A DNA stretch of 64,000 bases from Candidatus Poribacteria bacterium. Lineage in GTDB: Bacteria > Poribacteria > WGA-4E > WGA-3G. Where the stretch lies: the NCBI GenBank assembly GCA_963663765.2, contig CAXXUA010000004.1:1120001-1184000 (forward strand), given 5' to 3'. Below the pieces are notes generated by a model that made no database searches, was not told the DNA's origin, and saw only the letters and a list, made by a program, of their open reading frames with translations. Position numbers and translations under genes: made by a program. Shown here piece after piece: positions 10,148 through 20,142 of this stretch (positions are counted from its first letter, which is position 1; each line of letters opens with the position of its first letter).

Positions 10148-10216
10148 ATTTTACGTCATTTATACAAGACAACCCCATTACAGTTCAAGACCATAACGGG
10201 GTTGTGTATTTGTGTG

Positions 10217-10381
10217 CAGGACTTACGCACCCAACGGTAGGCGTGCTTTGTAGGCGGGGAATGCCAAAAGGCATTCATACCGTTGATTTCTTGATTTGGC
10301 GCTGGAAGCATAAATAATGTTGAAAATTACATCATTTTCATCACAATTCTTGATTAAATCATGAAAACTGCGTAAGTCCTG
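10217..10381. mobile_element. MITE, CAGGACTTACGCA-TIR family
   Basis: TIRs CAGGACTTACGCA / TGCGTAAGTCCTG; body shared with copies near 8941, 39315, 45540 and 59295. Confidence 0.8.
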
Positions 10382-10429
10382 TGTACGTTTTAAAATATCT
10401 TCCTTCATTGTATGAAGGTGATAGTTACG

Positions 10430-10828
10430 CTATAGAATTTCGACGACGGCACCGATGGCTTCAAGCTGCTCTTTGGTTTTCTCAGCATCTTCTTTGCTGA
10501 CACCCTCTTGGATGACAACAGGCGCAGATTCTACCTTCTCTTTTGCTTCCTTCAAACCGAGACCTGTTATGGAACGTACCTCTTTAATAACAGGAATTTT
10601 CTGTCCGCCGATCTCTTTGAGTTGGACATCAAATTCGGTTTTCTCTGCAGCTTCCTCTGCTTCCCCTTCTGGTGCTGCACCTACTGCTGGTACTGCCCCC
10701 GCCACTGCCATCGCAGGCATTGCAGAAGCACTCACACCGAATTTATCTTCCAGTGCTTTTACCAAATCAGAAAGTTCCAGAACCGTCATGCCACCTATTT
10801 CTTCTATCATTTTTTCTATATCTGCCAT
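10430..10828 (-). CDS. rplL: 50S ribosomal protein L7/L12
   Basis: [20 protein letters not shown]...KTEFDV...[16 protein letters not shown]. Confidence 0.98.
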   Translation of the reverse strand: MADIEKMIEEIGGMTVLELSDLVKALEDKFGVSASAMPAMAVAGAVPAVGAAPEGEAEEAAEKTEFDVQLKEIGGQKIPVIKEVRSITGLGLKEAKEKVESAPVVIQEGVSKEDAEKTKEQLEAIGAVVEIL

Positions 10829-10861
10829 TGTTACTTCCTTTCTTATATAAAATAGTTTTGC

Positions 10862-11422
10862 CTATTCGGCTGTTTTTTTCTGTTCAGCGATCTGTGTCAA
10901 CACAGATGACACCTGACCAATTGTATTACTAAGTACATTCACAAAACTTGTCATTGGAGAACCATTCTTCAAGACGCCAACCAGACCATACAACGGCGCA
11001 CTGATTCCCCCAACAACCTGTCCAATCAATACCTCTTGCGAAGGCATATCCTTCAGGGCTTTCACACCGTTCGCGTCAACAACTTGCGAACCGAGAATCC
11101 CAGCTTTGATCTGTAAACTCTCATGGTCTTCAATAAAATCAAACAGTATTTTGGTGATAGTCGCAGGATCATCACTCGCTGCAAGTGCGGTGTTACCTAT
11201 TAAATAGGGCGCAAGTCCATCAATTTCTTTTTCTTGTGCAACAACATTAATTAACGTATTTTTGAAGACTTTATATTGGATATTCGCGGCACGCAATTGC
11301 TGACGTAATTCATTCACTTCAGTCACGTTCAATCCTTTAAAATCAGCTAAAAGAATAACATCTGAGTTTTCAAAAATCTCGCGAATCTGTCCTACCTGCT
11401 GAACATTCGCTTCATTCGGCAT
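10862..11422 (-). CDS. rplJ: 50S ribosomal protein L10
   Basis: ADFKGLNV..NELRQQLR..KVFKNTL; lies between rplA and rplL. Confidence 0.96.
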   Translation of the reverse strand: MPNEANVQQVGQIREIFENSDVILLADFKGLNVTEVNELRQQLRAANIQYKVFKNTLINVVAQEKEIDGLAPYLIGNTALAASDDPATITKILFDFIEDHESLQIKAGILGSQVVDANGVKALKDMPSQEVLIGQVVGGISAPLYGLVGVLKNGSPMTSFVNVLSNTIGQVSSVLTQIAEQKKTAE

Positions 11423-11554
11423 AAGTTAACTCCTTTCACATCTTGACAACTCCATTCAGAAATAGAAAAACCCCCAGAAAACTGGAGGTCTGACCAAACT
11501 ACGGTAGTCAAAAATCAAACTTCTTGCAATTGCAGGAAGTAACTTTTAACTATA

Positions 11555-11601
11555 CCCGAGTCTCGGTAGGCAATTAAGCCAAAGCTCCTACTTTCTTCAA
11601 C
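11555..11601 (-). promoter_or_regulatory. Ribosomal protein L10 leader (autoregulatory RNA core)
   Basis: Minus strand GAAGAAAGTAGGAGC...TTAATTGCCTACCGAG in the rplA-rplJ spacer resembles the L10_leader core. Confidence 0.7.
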
Positions 11602-11691
11602 TCTATTCTGTTGGATGGAATTTGTCGTTTAGTTCCTTTATTTATTATTCACTACGAATAGTGAAATGTCATACATGTTAAAATCCATGAC

Positions 11692-12390
11692 TTACAAAAA
11701 TTGCTGCGGATCAATTCGGATACCTGCACCCATCGTAGCGGATATTGAAACACTCCGAAGATAACGACCTTTTGTAGAAGCGGGTCGGGCATTTACCAGC
11801 ACATCCATAACAGTGGTAAGGTTATCCTTAATTTGCCCCTCTTCAAATGAGGTCTTGCCAATCGGCACATGAACGATGCCTGAAGTCCGTTCCACACGAT
11901 ACTCAATCTGTCCAGCTTTGATGCTCTGTAACGTGTCAGAAATATCCATTGTGACGGTGCCAGCCTTGGGATTAGGCATTAACCCACGCGGTCCCAAGAT
12001 TCTTCCCAACTTCGGCATGATACTCCGCATCAAGTCAGGTGTTGCAATTGTCGCATCAAAGTCAAGCCAACCATCAACAATTTTATCTACCAAGTCATCC
12101 GTTCCAACGAAGTCCGCTCCTGCTTCCTCCGCTTCACGTGCTTTGTCTCCTTCTGCAAACACCGCAACACGAACTGATTTACCAGTGCCGTGCGGAAGCG
12201 ATACTGTGCCTCGGATATTCTCCTCCGCTTTACGCGGATCCACACCCAGACGAGAGGCTAAATCAACTGTTTCATCAAACTTCGCAGTACTTGTCTTTTT
12301 CAATAGTGAAACAGCTTCATCAACAGAGTATAAACTGAGTCCGTCAACCTGCTCTTGAAATTCACTATATCGTTTACCTTTTTTCGCCAT
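11692..12390 (-). CDS. rplA: 50S ribosomal protein L1
   Basis: KFDETVD..LGVDPRK..RGTVSLPHGTGK; LGRILGPRGLMPNPKAGTVT. Confidence 0.98.
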   Translation of the reverse strand: MAKKGKRYSEFQEQVDGLSLYSVDEAVSLLKKTSTAKFDETVDLASRLGVDPRKAEENIRGTVSLPHGTGKSVRVAVFAEGDKAREAEEAGADFVGTDDLVDKIVDGWLDFDATIATPDLMRSIMPKLGRILGPRGLMPNPKAGTVTMDISDTLQSIKAGQIEYRVERTSGIVHVPIGKTSFEEGQIKDNLTTVMDVLVNARPASTKGRYLRSVSISATMGAGIRIDPQQFL

Positions 12391-12432
12391 ATTCCTCTCC
12401 AACTAATATCATTTATACAACTCAAAATTGTA

Positions 12433-12855
12433 TCATTGAATTGTTAAGCCCATACTCTTTGCTGTTCCCTCAACCATACGCATCGCTGCTTCTAAATCTG
12501 TCGTATTGAGATCAGGCAATTTCGTTTCGGCGATCTCTCGTATCTGATCTCTATTTATTGTTGCTACCTTGTTCCGATTTGGTTCGCCTGAACCTTTTGC
12601 TATTTTCGCTGCTGTTTTGAGTAACACCGCCGCCGGCGGAGATTTGACTACAAATGTAAAGGAACGATCACTATAGCATGTAATGATTGTCGTTACAATC
12701 ATACCGCTCTGTTGTTGTGTCTGGGCATTGAAGGATTTGATAAATTCCTGCAGGTTAATCATATAAGGCGCAAGACTCGGTCCAACCGGTGGTTGCGGCG
12801 TCGCCTGTCCAGATACCAATTGAAGTTTGACTTCACCTGCTACTTTTTTTGCCAT
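12433..12855 (-). CDS. rplK: 50S ribosomal protein L11
   Basis: PPVGPSL..FN..T; [18 protein letters not shown]; GTAKSMG. Confidence 0.98.
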   Translation of the reverse strand: MAKKVAGEVKLQLVSGQATPQPPVGPSLAPYMINLQEFIKSFNAQTQQQSGMIVTTIITCYSDRSFTFVVKSPPAAVLLKTAAKIAKGSGEPNRNKVATINRDQIREIAETKLPDLNTTDLEAAMRMVEGTAKSMGLTIQ

Positions 12856-12884
12856 GTGTTAATTACTCCATATCTTCCAAAATA

Positions 12885-13457
12885 TTATAACCTTTCAACT
12901 CCCATGAAACCTAATTCAAGTGGCGTTGAACGTCCAAAAATTGTTATTGATAAATTCAATCGTTGACGTTGTGTATCAATCGCAAGTATCTCCGCTGTGA
13001 AAGAACTGAAAGGTCCTTCAATCACGCGAACTTTATCACCAACAGAATAAGTTATCTCAGGAATCGGTACATCTTCCTCAACCGTTGAACTTTCTAACAT
13101 ACGTTCTACATCTTCTGCACTGAGTGGACTCGGATTTGCGTTTCCCAGAAAATTCATGACACCCGGTGTCTCTTGAACAAATGCCCAACTCCTCTGACCA
13201 ATGTAATTTTCTACATGCGGTCCAATCTGATGCAAAGAGTTGATGAGCACATATCCCGGATACGTCGGTCCACTTCTCACTTTACGCTTACCATCTTCAT
13301 TCTTTACGGTCGTTGAAATAGGAACAGACACCTGCAAAATCTCCTCCTGCAGTTCCTTATCGGTATCAGAATCTGATGAAAGCCGCCTCTCAAGTGCAGT
13401 CTGTATTTTCTTTTCATGTCCAGTGTAGACCTGAACAATGTACCAATAACCAGTCAT
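12885..13457 (-). CDS. nusG: Transcription termination/antitermination factor NusG
   Basis: WYIVQVYTGHEKK, YPGYVLI, TPGVMNFLG; KOW domain GDKVRVIEGPF..F; IFGRSTPLEL. Confidence 0.96.
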   Translation of the reverse strand: MTGYWYIVQVYTGHEKKIQTALERRLSSDSDTDKELQEEILQVSVPISTTVKNEDGKRKVRSGPTYPGYVLINSLHQIGPHVENYIGQRSWAFVQETPGVMNFLGNANPSPLSAEDVERMLESSTVEEDVPIPEITYSVGDKVRVIEGPFSSFTAEILAIDTQRQRLNLSITIFGRSTPLELGFMGVERL

Positions 13458-13495
13458 GGATGATTCCCAAAATATAAAACAAATCGTTATTTAAT

Positions 13496-13870
13496 TTAGC
13501 GAAGAAAAAGCTCTCTTAAAAAGGACATACCAAAACCACTAAGTGTATCCGCGGGCTTAATAACGTAGTTACTCACAAGAACAACTAATAAAGGTATGCA
13601 GGCGATCAATGTATAATGTACTCTTCGGTTTTCAAAATCTTTACCAAGAAAGAATACTGCTAAAGGAATCACAATCAAAATCAAGTTGGCAGGCCAATCC
13701 CAAACCGGACTGACTGAACTACCATCTACTAACCACAGGAACACGCCTAACATCGCACTTGCAATTAACACTACAATCGTGCTACCGCGAACCTGTTCCA
13801 TGTCAGGTTTAGATACCTTTTGCCATTCTAAATGAATATTCTGAATATAGTTTCTTATACGTGCTATCAT
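13496..13870 (-). CDS. secE: Preprotein translocase subunit SecE (C-terminally extended)
   Basis: EWQKVSKP..E...STIVV...VD motif; canonical position between tRNA-Trp and nusG. Confidence 0.85.
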   Translation of the reverse strand: MIARIRNYIQNIHLEWQKVSKPDMEQVRGSTIVVLIASAMLGVFLWLVDGSSVSPVWDWPANLILIVIPLAVFFLGKDFENRRVHYTLIACIPLLVVLVSNYVIKPADTLSGFGMSFLRELFLR

Positions 13871-13881
13871 ATTTACTAAGG

Positions 13882-13955
13882 CAGGCCAGGAGGGATTCGA
13901 ACCCCCAACATCCGGTTTTGGAGACCGGCGCTCTACCAGTTGGAGCTACTGGCCT
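13882..13955 (-). tRNA. tRNA-Trp(CCA)
   Basis: AGGCCAGTAGCTCCAACTGGTAGAGCGCCGGTCTCCAAAACCGG...GGTTCGAATCC cloverleaf. Confidence 0.96.
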
Positions 13956-13966
13956 GTGGTATAAAA

Positions 13967-14119
13967 TTACCTTGTCTCCTTATGGAGTGTATGTTTCCGA
14001 CAGAAACGACAATACTTCTTGCGTTCATATCGATCCTGCTGTGTCCGACGATTACGCGTCGTAATATAATTGCGCCGCTTGCAATCATCACATGCTAAAG
14101 TTACAATGTCTCTGGGCAT
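13967..14119 (-). CDS. rpmG: 50S ribosomal protein L33 (zinc-binding type)
   Basis: Hand translation [50 protein letters not shown]; below the ORF-track size cutoff. Confidence 0.95.
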   Translation of the reverse strand: MPRDIVTLACDDCKRRNYITTRNRRTQQDRYERKKYCRFCRKHTLHKETR

Positions 14120-14150
14120 CGTTTTTTACCCCCCTTCTTAATATCAGTGA

Positions 14151-14223
<73 letters not shown>

Positions 14224-14240
14224 AAACGTCCTAAGGTACA

Positions 14241-14313
14241 AGCGGGAGACGGGATTCGAACCCGCGACGCATGGCTTGGAAGGCCAATGCTCTACCAGCT
14301 GAGCTACTCCCGC
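14241..14313 (-). tRNA. tRNA-Gly(TCC)
   Basis: GCGGGAGTAGCTCAGCTGGTAGAGCATTGGCCTTCCAAGCCA...GGTTCGAATCCCGTCTCCCGCT. Confidence 0.95.
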
Positions 14314-14325
14314 AGAAAAAACCAA

Positions 14326-14407
14326 TGGGGGCGGACGGATTCGAACCGCCGTAGGCATAGCCAACAGATTTACAGTCTGCCCTTTTTGACCGCTCAAGCA
14401 CACCCCC
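14326..14407 (-). tRNA. tRNA-Tyr(GTA)
   Basis: GGGGGTGTGCTTGAGCGGTCAAAAAGGGCAGACTGTAAATCTG, long variable arm, GGTTCGAATCC. Confidence 0.95.
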
Positions 14408-14415
14408 AAAATAGA

Positions 14416-14487
14416 AGCTGACGAGAGGAATCGAACCTCCAACCTAGTGATTACAAATCACTCGCTCTACCGTTGAGCCACGTCAGC
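14416..14487 (-). tRNA. tRNA-Thr(TGT)
   Basis: GCTGACGTGGCTCAACGGTAGAGCGAGTGATTTGTAATCACT...GGTTCGATTCC. Confidence 0.95.
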
Positions 14488-14512
14488 ATTCAACCTTGTC
14501 TCTCTTCTATTA

Positions 14513-14965
14513 GTGATACTCACGACGAATAAAGTCGTGTGCTTCTTTGAAACACATAACTCTCCTCTGTGTGATTCCTGCTTCCGTCTCTCGTGCCTCT
14601 ATACTGAACTGCGCGAGGTCTTACTCGGACTCCAAAAGCGTTTATGCTCTCGGTATATCCTACCGCGAGGTAAAAGATTGATACGCACTCTGTATCTTAA
14701 TTTCCTTGATAATATAGCGTCTTGGGCGATGATGTCTACCGCAACTTGTCCCTCTGGGGATCCGCCAAGTTTTACTATAGGCACACTTCCCATAACTACG
14801 GTGCCAGTGGACTGCCTACTTGTTCGCAGTGTGGACTTCGGTTCGACATACGTTATTTCGCATTACGTTACAGAGCCTTGCTTGTCTCAAATAATTAAAA
14901 TACTCCCGCACGAGTTTACATTATTAGACCCAAGCCTAAAGACTTGGGATTGTCAGATAATTCCC
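14513..14965 (-). mobile_element. Non-autonomous IS200/IS605 derivative (PATE-like) with a TnpB omegaRNA-like right end
   Basis: Left-end hairpin CAAT-CCCAAGTCTTTAGGCTTGGG shortly after TGAA. Right end GAAG-CACACGACTTTATTCGTCGTGAGTA-TCAC. Internal GGTAGGATATACCG..AACGCTTTTGGAG..GTAAGACC..GAAGCAGGAA resembles tnpB 3' ends. No intact ORF, no TIRs. Confidence 0.7.
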
Positions 14966-15182
14966 TTCATAAAACGGGTAACACCTCAAACTCTATTGAG
15001 GTAAGACCTACGCACAAAACGGTAAGCACACTTTGTGTAAGCACACTGAAAACTGCGTAAATCCTATGAGGTAATTCAATATTCACCCCTTTAAGTATAC
15101 AAACTAAATTCACTATTGTCAAAAAAATATCTGATATGGATTGTCTATCGCAGCTGCGTAACAATTATCCCGTTCTTCAAAA

Positions 15183-15638
15183 TTATCCTGATTCTGTTGG
15201 TTCGGACTCAGAATCACCGTCATTGTTTTCCGATTCAGCAGTTTCAGACTCATCAGCAGTTTCAGACTCATCATCAGTTTCAGACTCATCAGCAGTTTCA
15301 GACTCATCAGCAGTTTCAGCCGCACTGTCACCAGAATCATCTCCACTATCTTCTACAGATTGTTCACCGTAAAGTTCAACTAAGTGATCCTCGCTATCAG
15401 ATTCAGAGGTAAAGAGTGCTGGTACTTCTTCCTGCGAAACTTTCGGATCAACCACATTATACGACAATTCTCCTGAAGACAACTCTTCTGTTGCTACAGT
15501 AATAGGTTTCTGATTCTGAGCGAAACCTGCTCCTAAAAGTTGGTCATTTAATGAACGCGCACGTTTTGCAATAACGTTTACTGCCAAATATTTATTCGGC
15601 ACATGCTTTATCAAATCTTCAAGGTAGACAATTGCCAT
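15183..15638 (-). CDS. rpoZ: RNA polymerase omega subunit with acidic repeat tail
   Basis: NKYLAVNVIAKRARSL...KPITVATEELSSGEL; GGAG RBS before MAIVY; tail of 18-bp (ADESET) repeats. Confidence 0.88.
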   Translation of the reverse strand: MAIVYLEDLIKHVPNKYLAVNVIAKRARSLNDQLLGAGFAQNQKPITVATEELSSGELSYNVVDPKVSQEEVPALFTSESDSEDHLVELYGEQSVEDSGDDSGDSAAETADESETADESETDDESETADESETAESENNDGDSESEPTESG

Positions 15639-15681
15639 TTGTATACTCCAATATGATTTTTTATGCATTACTCGTTGTATA

Positions 15682-15710
15682 ATTATACCAAAATTCTTGC
15701 TTGAAGTCAA
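15682..15710 (-). promoter_or_regulatory. Sigma70 promoter for rpoZ
   Basis: TTGACT-17-TATAAT with TG extension on the minus strand. Confidence 0.7.
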
Positions 15711-15718
15711 ATTAAATT

Positions 15719-15747
15719 TTGACATCTTCTCGGTTAAATGGTAGAAT
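15719..15747 (+). promoter_or_regulatory. Sigma70 promoter for mqnC (back-to-back with the rpoZ promoter)
   Basis: TTGACA-17-TAGAAT with TG extension. Confidence 0.7.
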
Positions 15748-15784
15748 TGTAAAGACTAAAACTTCACAATTACAAGGAAATTAA

Positions 15785-16858
15785 ATGGGAATGCACAATA
15801 ACGTTAAATATATCTTGGAAAAAGCACTTGATGGGAAACGTTTAGACTTTGATGACGCACTAACCCTCTTTAAAAGTCATGATCTCCTTCCTTTAGGTCA
15901 TGCCGCTGATACTATCCGACAAAGAAAACACCCAGAAGGATACATTACTTATATTATAGATAGAAACATAAACTATACAAATTGGTGTTATGTTGATTGC
16001 GATTTCTGTGCATTTTATCGCCACCGAAAAGACCCCGATGCCTATGTAATGGAACGCGATCAACTCGGACAAAAAATACAAGAAACACTGGAGTTAGGCG
16101 GTGAACTCATTCTTATGCAAGGTGGACTCCACCCAAAACTCAAATTGGAGTGGTATGAAGATCTACTCCGATGGATAAAAGCGAACTACAAAATTCATAT
16201 ACACGGATTTTCTCCGCCAGAATTAGATTGGTTCGCCAAAATCAACAAAATGCCTTTACGTGAGATGCTCACACGACTACGTGATGCTGGTCTGGATTCT
16301 ATACCCGGAGGTGGAGCGGAAATCTTAACGGATCGCTCGCGGAACATCATCAGTCCTAAGAAATGCACCGCAGAGGAATGGCTTGAAGTGATGCGGCAAG
16401 GACACTACGTCAACCTCAAATCCAGTGCTACCATGATGTATGGACACGTAGAAAGTTACACAGAACGTGTTGAACATCTAATGAAATTGCGCGACCTGCA
16501 AGATGAAACAGGCGGATTCACAGCGTTTATCTGTTGGTCATTTCAACCCAGCAACACCGAACTTGCACACATCCCACCCGCAGGAAGTTACGAATACCTC
16601 AAAACATTAGCAATCTCACGCTTATTCTTAGATAACATTGATAACTTCCAATCATCGTGGGTTACACAAGGTCCCAAAATCGGACAACTCTCATTAAAGT
16701 TCGGAGCAAATGACATGGGAGGAACGATGATTGAAGAAAACGTCGTCAGCAAAGCAGGCACAGTTTATTGCATGCCAATTGAAGAAATAGAACGAACTAT
16801 CGCAGAATTGGGATATGTTCCAAAACGAAGAAACTTTTTCTATGACATTCTCAATTAA
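15785..16858 (+). CDS. mqnC: Cyclic dehypoxanthinyl futalosine synthase (radical SAM)
   Basis: YIIDRNINYTNWCYVDCDFCAFYR, SIPGGGAEIL, GGFTAFICWSFQP, SWVTQG, GANDMGGTMIEENVV. Confidence 0.92.
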   Translation: MGMHNNVKYILEKALDGKRLDFDDALTLFKSHDLLPLGHAADTIRQRKHPEGYITYIIDRNINYTNWCYVDCDFCAFYRHRKDPDAYVMERDQLGQKIQETLELGGELILMQGGLHPKLKLEWYEDLLRWIKANYKIHIHGFSPPELDWFAKINKMPLREMLTRLRDAGLDSIPGGGAEILTDRSRNIISPKKCTAEEWLEVMRQGHYVNLKSSATMMYGHVESYTERVEHLMKLRDLQDETGGFTAFICWSFQPSNTELAHIPPAGSYEYLKTLAISRLFLDNIDNFQSSWVTQGPKIGQLSLKFGANDMGGTMIEENVVSKAGTVYCMPIEEIERTIAELGYVPKRRNFFYDILN

Positions 16859-18933
16859 CGATAGTCCTCATGAATCCAAACATTCGCTGCTAACGCCTTT
16901 TTCCTTGCACCAAGCCAATTAACATACGCATCACTTTTCTTACTATCAAGAAGTGTCTTATAACGTTTAACCTTCTGCGTAGGATCCATTTGGTACTCTT
17001 CAAAATCCGGTTCTACACGTTCAACTAATTCTATAATATAAGTTGAAGAATCCTCAGCAAATGGTCCCCTCACATCCCCAACAGACATTGTAAACGCAGC
17101 TAACATCACACCTCTCGCGTACCCCATACCAGAAATATAAGTACTTCCTGCCACAAGACCAAAAAGGTTGCTCTCTTGAACAGTCTTTTCAGCAATTGAT
17201 GTGCCTTCAGGTGCTATATACTTTTTGATTAACGCCTCCAATGACACACCTTCTGTCCGTTGATCTATCAACTTCTGAGCATCTGCGAAAGCACGCTCTT
17301 TTGACTTCTCTCGTTCAACATCGTCTATCACTTGTCGCTTAACATCTTCAAACTCAGGAATGCCTGGTGCTTTCTTACCAAGAAGCGTCACAACAAAAAT
17401 GGCAGAAACTTCATTTGTGTATCTTGCTTTCGTCTCAATAGTGTTTGTAACGCCTACCTCCATGTCAAAAACTTCCTCTAACAATCCTCTGTAAAGTGTA
17501 CTTGATATTACTGGCGGAATATCTACGCCATCTTTACTGAAAAAACCCGTTTCACCAGATTCAAGCGATAGATCCTTATATTTATCAAGTCCAATAGCAG
17601 TCTCATAATCCGCAACCTCAATCTCAAAAATCAAATCTTTCGCTACGGCTTCTGCTCCATCCACACCATCTATCTGGACCAGTTTATCCTTAATATCGCT
17701 TTCTACTACTGGGAAAGGTGTCACTAAGGCTGGTTGCTTTTCTTCCAATTGGATAATGTGATACCCGAATTTGCTTTCAACAAGATCACTTACTTCACCC
17801 GGTTGTAATACATCAAAACACGCTTCTGCAAAAGGCTTTACCGCATATCCGCGATCAAAATATTTACCCTCTGGCAAATGATCATAACTTCTACCCAACG
17901 CACCACCATCAACCGCACTACTATCCTCTGAATGCTTCTCAGCAAGGTCAGCAAATGTTGTACCTGCAGCCATTTCTTCTTTTACAGTTTTGAGTAGTTC
18001 TTCCGCAGCCGCTTTTGTTTCCGTTTTTTGTTCATCGGTGGCATCGTCTGGGAACTTTTTCAAAATATGTCGTGCTTTGACTAATTCAGGGTTCATGAAG
18101 ATGTTCTGATTATTTGTGTAATACTGTTCAATAGTTGCCTGTGTAACAAAATGCTCAGGATTAACATTGATATAACGGATATTTACCTGCTCTTCGGTTG
18201 CATAGTCTTCCTTGTTTTCTTGGAAGTACTTATCAATCTCTGCTTTGTTTTCTTGGAAGTACTTATCAATATCTACATCCTCTACATCCTCTACATCCTC
18301 TACATCCTCTACATCCTCTACATCCTCTACATCCTCTACATCCTCTACATCCTCTACATCCTCTACATCCTCTGCATCAAAGGTTTTTTCGTAATCGCTG
18401 TGTCGAAATTCAATGAATTTCACCTTTGCTTTGTTCGCCTCAAGTTGATAATCCTGTTCCGCTTCAGTGTCAGTAACTAATTCAAGGCTTTGGATACCAT
18501 CTCGTAGTGAAGACGTACTGAGTTGATATCTATAGAAATCCAGCACATCAGGTCCGAATTGATTATATGTTAATACCCGGTTTTCATCACTTCGGATATA
18601 ATGCATTACCTCAGAATCGGTGATATTCGCACTACCTTCAATGATCCTTGTTATATAACTATTAATTAATTGCTTTTGTATCGCTTTCCGATCTGGTTCC
18701 GCACCAAACCTTGGGTTCTGTTGCTGTTGGCGTACTACTTGTGAAATACGATCTTCAAAAACCCTTCTTGTAACTTCCAATGTGTCAAGCTTGAGTACAA
18801 CTTCGTCTTCAGTTCCCGTATTCTGTTGACCACCAGAACCACCATACAACATTATGGTACCAATAATGAAGACAACAGCAATTATCCACATAAATATCTG
18901 TGCTATGAATTTTTCACGTAGAAAAATAATCAT
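16855..18933 (-). CDS. PpiD/SurA-like membrane-anchored peptidyl-prolyl isomerase chaperone
   Basis: N-terminal anchor and SurA-N-like region; parvulin motifs VKARHIL, FADLAEKHSED, VSDLVESKFGYHIIQL. Confidence 0.85.
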   Translation of the reverse strand: MIIFLREKFIAQIFMWIIAVVFIIGTIMLYGGSGGQQNTGTEDEVVLKLDTLEVTRRVFEDRISQVVRQQQQNPRFGAEPDRKAIQKQLINSYITRIIEGSANITDSEVMHYIRSDENRVLTYNQFGPDVLDFYRYQLSTSSLRDGIQSLELVTDTEAEQDYQLEANKAKVKFIEFRHSDYEKTFDAEDVEDVEDVEDVEDVEDVEDVEDVEDVEDVEDVDIDKYFQENKAEIDKYFQENKEDYATEEQVNIRYINVNPEHFVTQATIEQYYTNNQNIFMNPELVKARHILKKFPDDATDEQKTETKAAAEELLKTVKEEMAAGTTFADLAEKHSEDSSAVDGGALGRSYDHLPEGKYFDRGYAVKPFAEACFDVLQPGEVSDLVESKFGYHIIQLEEKQPALVTPFPVVESDIKDKLVQIDGVDGAEAVAKDLIFEIEVADYETAIGLDKYKDLSLESGETGFFSKDGVDIPPVISSTLYRGLLEEVFDMEVGVTNTIETKARYTNEVSAIFVVTLLGKKAPGIPEFEDVKRQVIDDVEREKSKERAFADAQKLIDQRTEGVSLEALIKKYIAPEGTSIAEKTVQESNLFGLVAGSTYISGMGYARGVMLAAFTMSVGDVRGPFAEDSSTYIIELVERVEPDFEEYQMDPTQKVKRYKTLLDSKKSDAYVNWLGARKKALAANVWIHEDYR
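18272..18370. repeat. In-frame VNTR, 11 x 9 bp (TCTACATCC), encoding (EDV)n
   Basis: Perfect tandem units read directly; adjacent duplication encodes IDKYFQENK twice. Confidence 0.95.
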
Positions 18934-19140
18934 TCGTAACGTTTTCTCCTCAATTTGTTTTATCCTGCGTTAAATGATACCCTATTACAACGCATTTTTC
19001 AATATTTTTTTGTTACAATGTTGAATTTTGAGAATAAATCCACTTTTTCTAAAAAGGAGAGCAAGTGAGGGTTATCTTCATTCCCCTCACTTGCGGGGTT
19101 GTTCGGGGGTATAAAAAGGCAAGCACCCAATACAGATGCT

Positions 19141-19922
19141 TGACCTATTGGTAGGAGCGACCTCCCGGTCGCGACAGTAAGGATACAATAAACAGAAAAC
19201 GCGGAATGTGTTTATTATACATCATTACCCTATTGGTAGGAGCGACCTCCCGGTCGCGACAGTAAGGATACAATGAATCAAAACGGACGCGACAAGCAGG
19301 TCGATCCTACCAACGCAGGACACGGTCGCGACCGGGAGGTCGCTCCTACCAGTGCAAGTGTGTAATTAATTCCATAATTTACCATAAATAACCCTGGGAT
19401 TGATGGACGTGTAACGACTTGGCAGATGTGTTGACAAAATCGCAGCTTACGCGGATAAAACAGGAACCTTACGCATTATGTCTGAATCACACAGGAAACA
19501 GAAAACGCGGAATGTGTTGATTATACATCATTACCCTATTGGTAGGAGCGACCTCCCGGTCGCGACAGTAAGGATACAATAAACAGAAAACGCGGAATGT
19601 GTTTATTATACATCATTACCCTATTGGTAGGAGCGACCTCCCGGTCGCGACAGTAAGGATACAATGAATCAAAACGGACGCGACAAGCAGGTCGATCCTA
19701 CCAACGCAGGACACGGTCGCGACCGGGAGGTCGCTCCTACCAACGCAGGACACGGTCGCGACCGGGAGGTCGCTCCTACCAACGTAGGACACGGTCGCGA
19801 CCGGGAGGTCGCTCCTACCAACGTAGGACACGGTCGCGACCGGGAGGTCGCTCCTACCAACGCAGGGCACGGTCGCGATTTTCTCAGGAAACAGCTAAAA
19901 TGCCTAAAACTAAATAACCCTG
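19141..19922. repeat. REP-A cluster (GGTAGGAGCGACCTCCCGGTCGCGA) including 39-bp tandem units and MITE ends
   Basis: Many direct and inverted copies; AATAACCCTG ends near 19396 and 19922. Confidence 0.9.
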
Positions 19923-19929
19923 GATAAAC

Positions 19930-20142
19930 CTAGGAGACCTTGGCGTGGTAATAGAGAAGTGTTAGATGAGTTACTGTGGGTGTTGCGAACAGGAGATCCC
20001 TGGCGGGATTTACCAGAAAAGAATCCACCCTATCAAACCTATCATCGTCGTTTTCAGCAATGGTCAGCTGAAAATTATTTAGGTTTTGTACTTCTTGCTT
20101 GCATACGTTATGTCACTAAAATATTTATGAGATACGCTGTAG
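19930..20142 (+). pseudogene. Internally deleted IS5-family transposase remnant
   Basis: LWVLRTGDPWRDLPE..PPYQTYHRRFQQW fused directly to C-terminal NYLGFVLLAC; end GAGATACGCTGTAG. Confidence 0.75.

Noticed and set aside
19062-19146. Two hairpins upstream of the PpiD-like gene as a riboswitch
   Set aside because: Each is followed by a T-rich run on the minus strand and fits a plain terminator; no aptamer motif was recognised.
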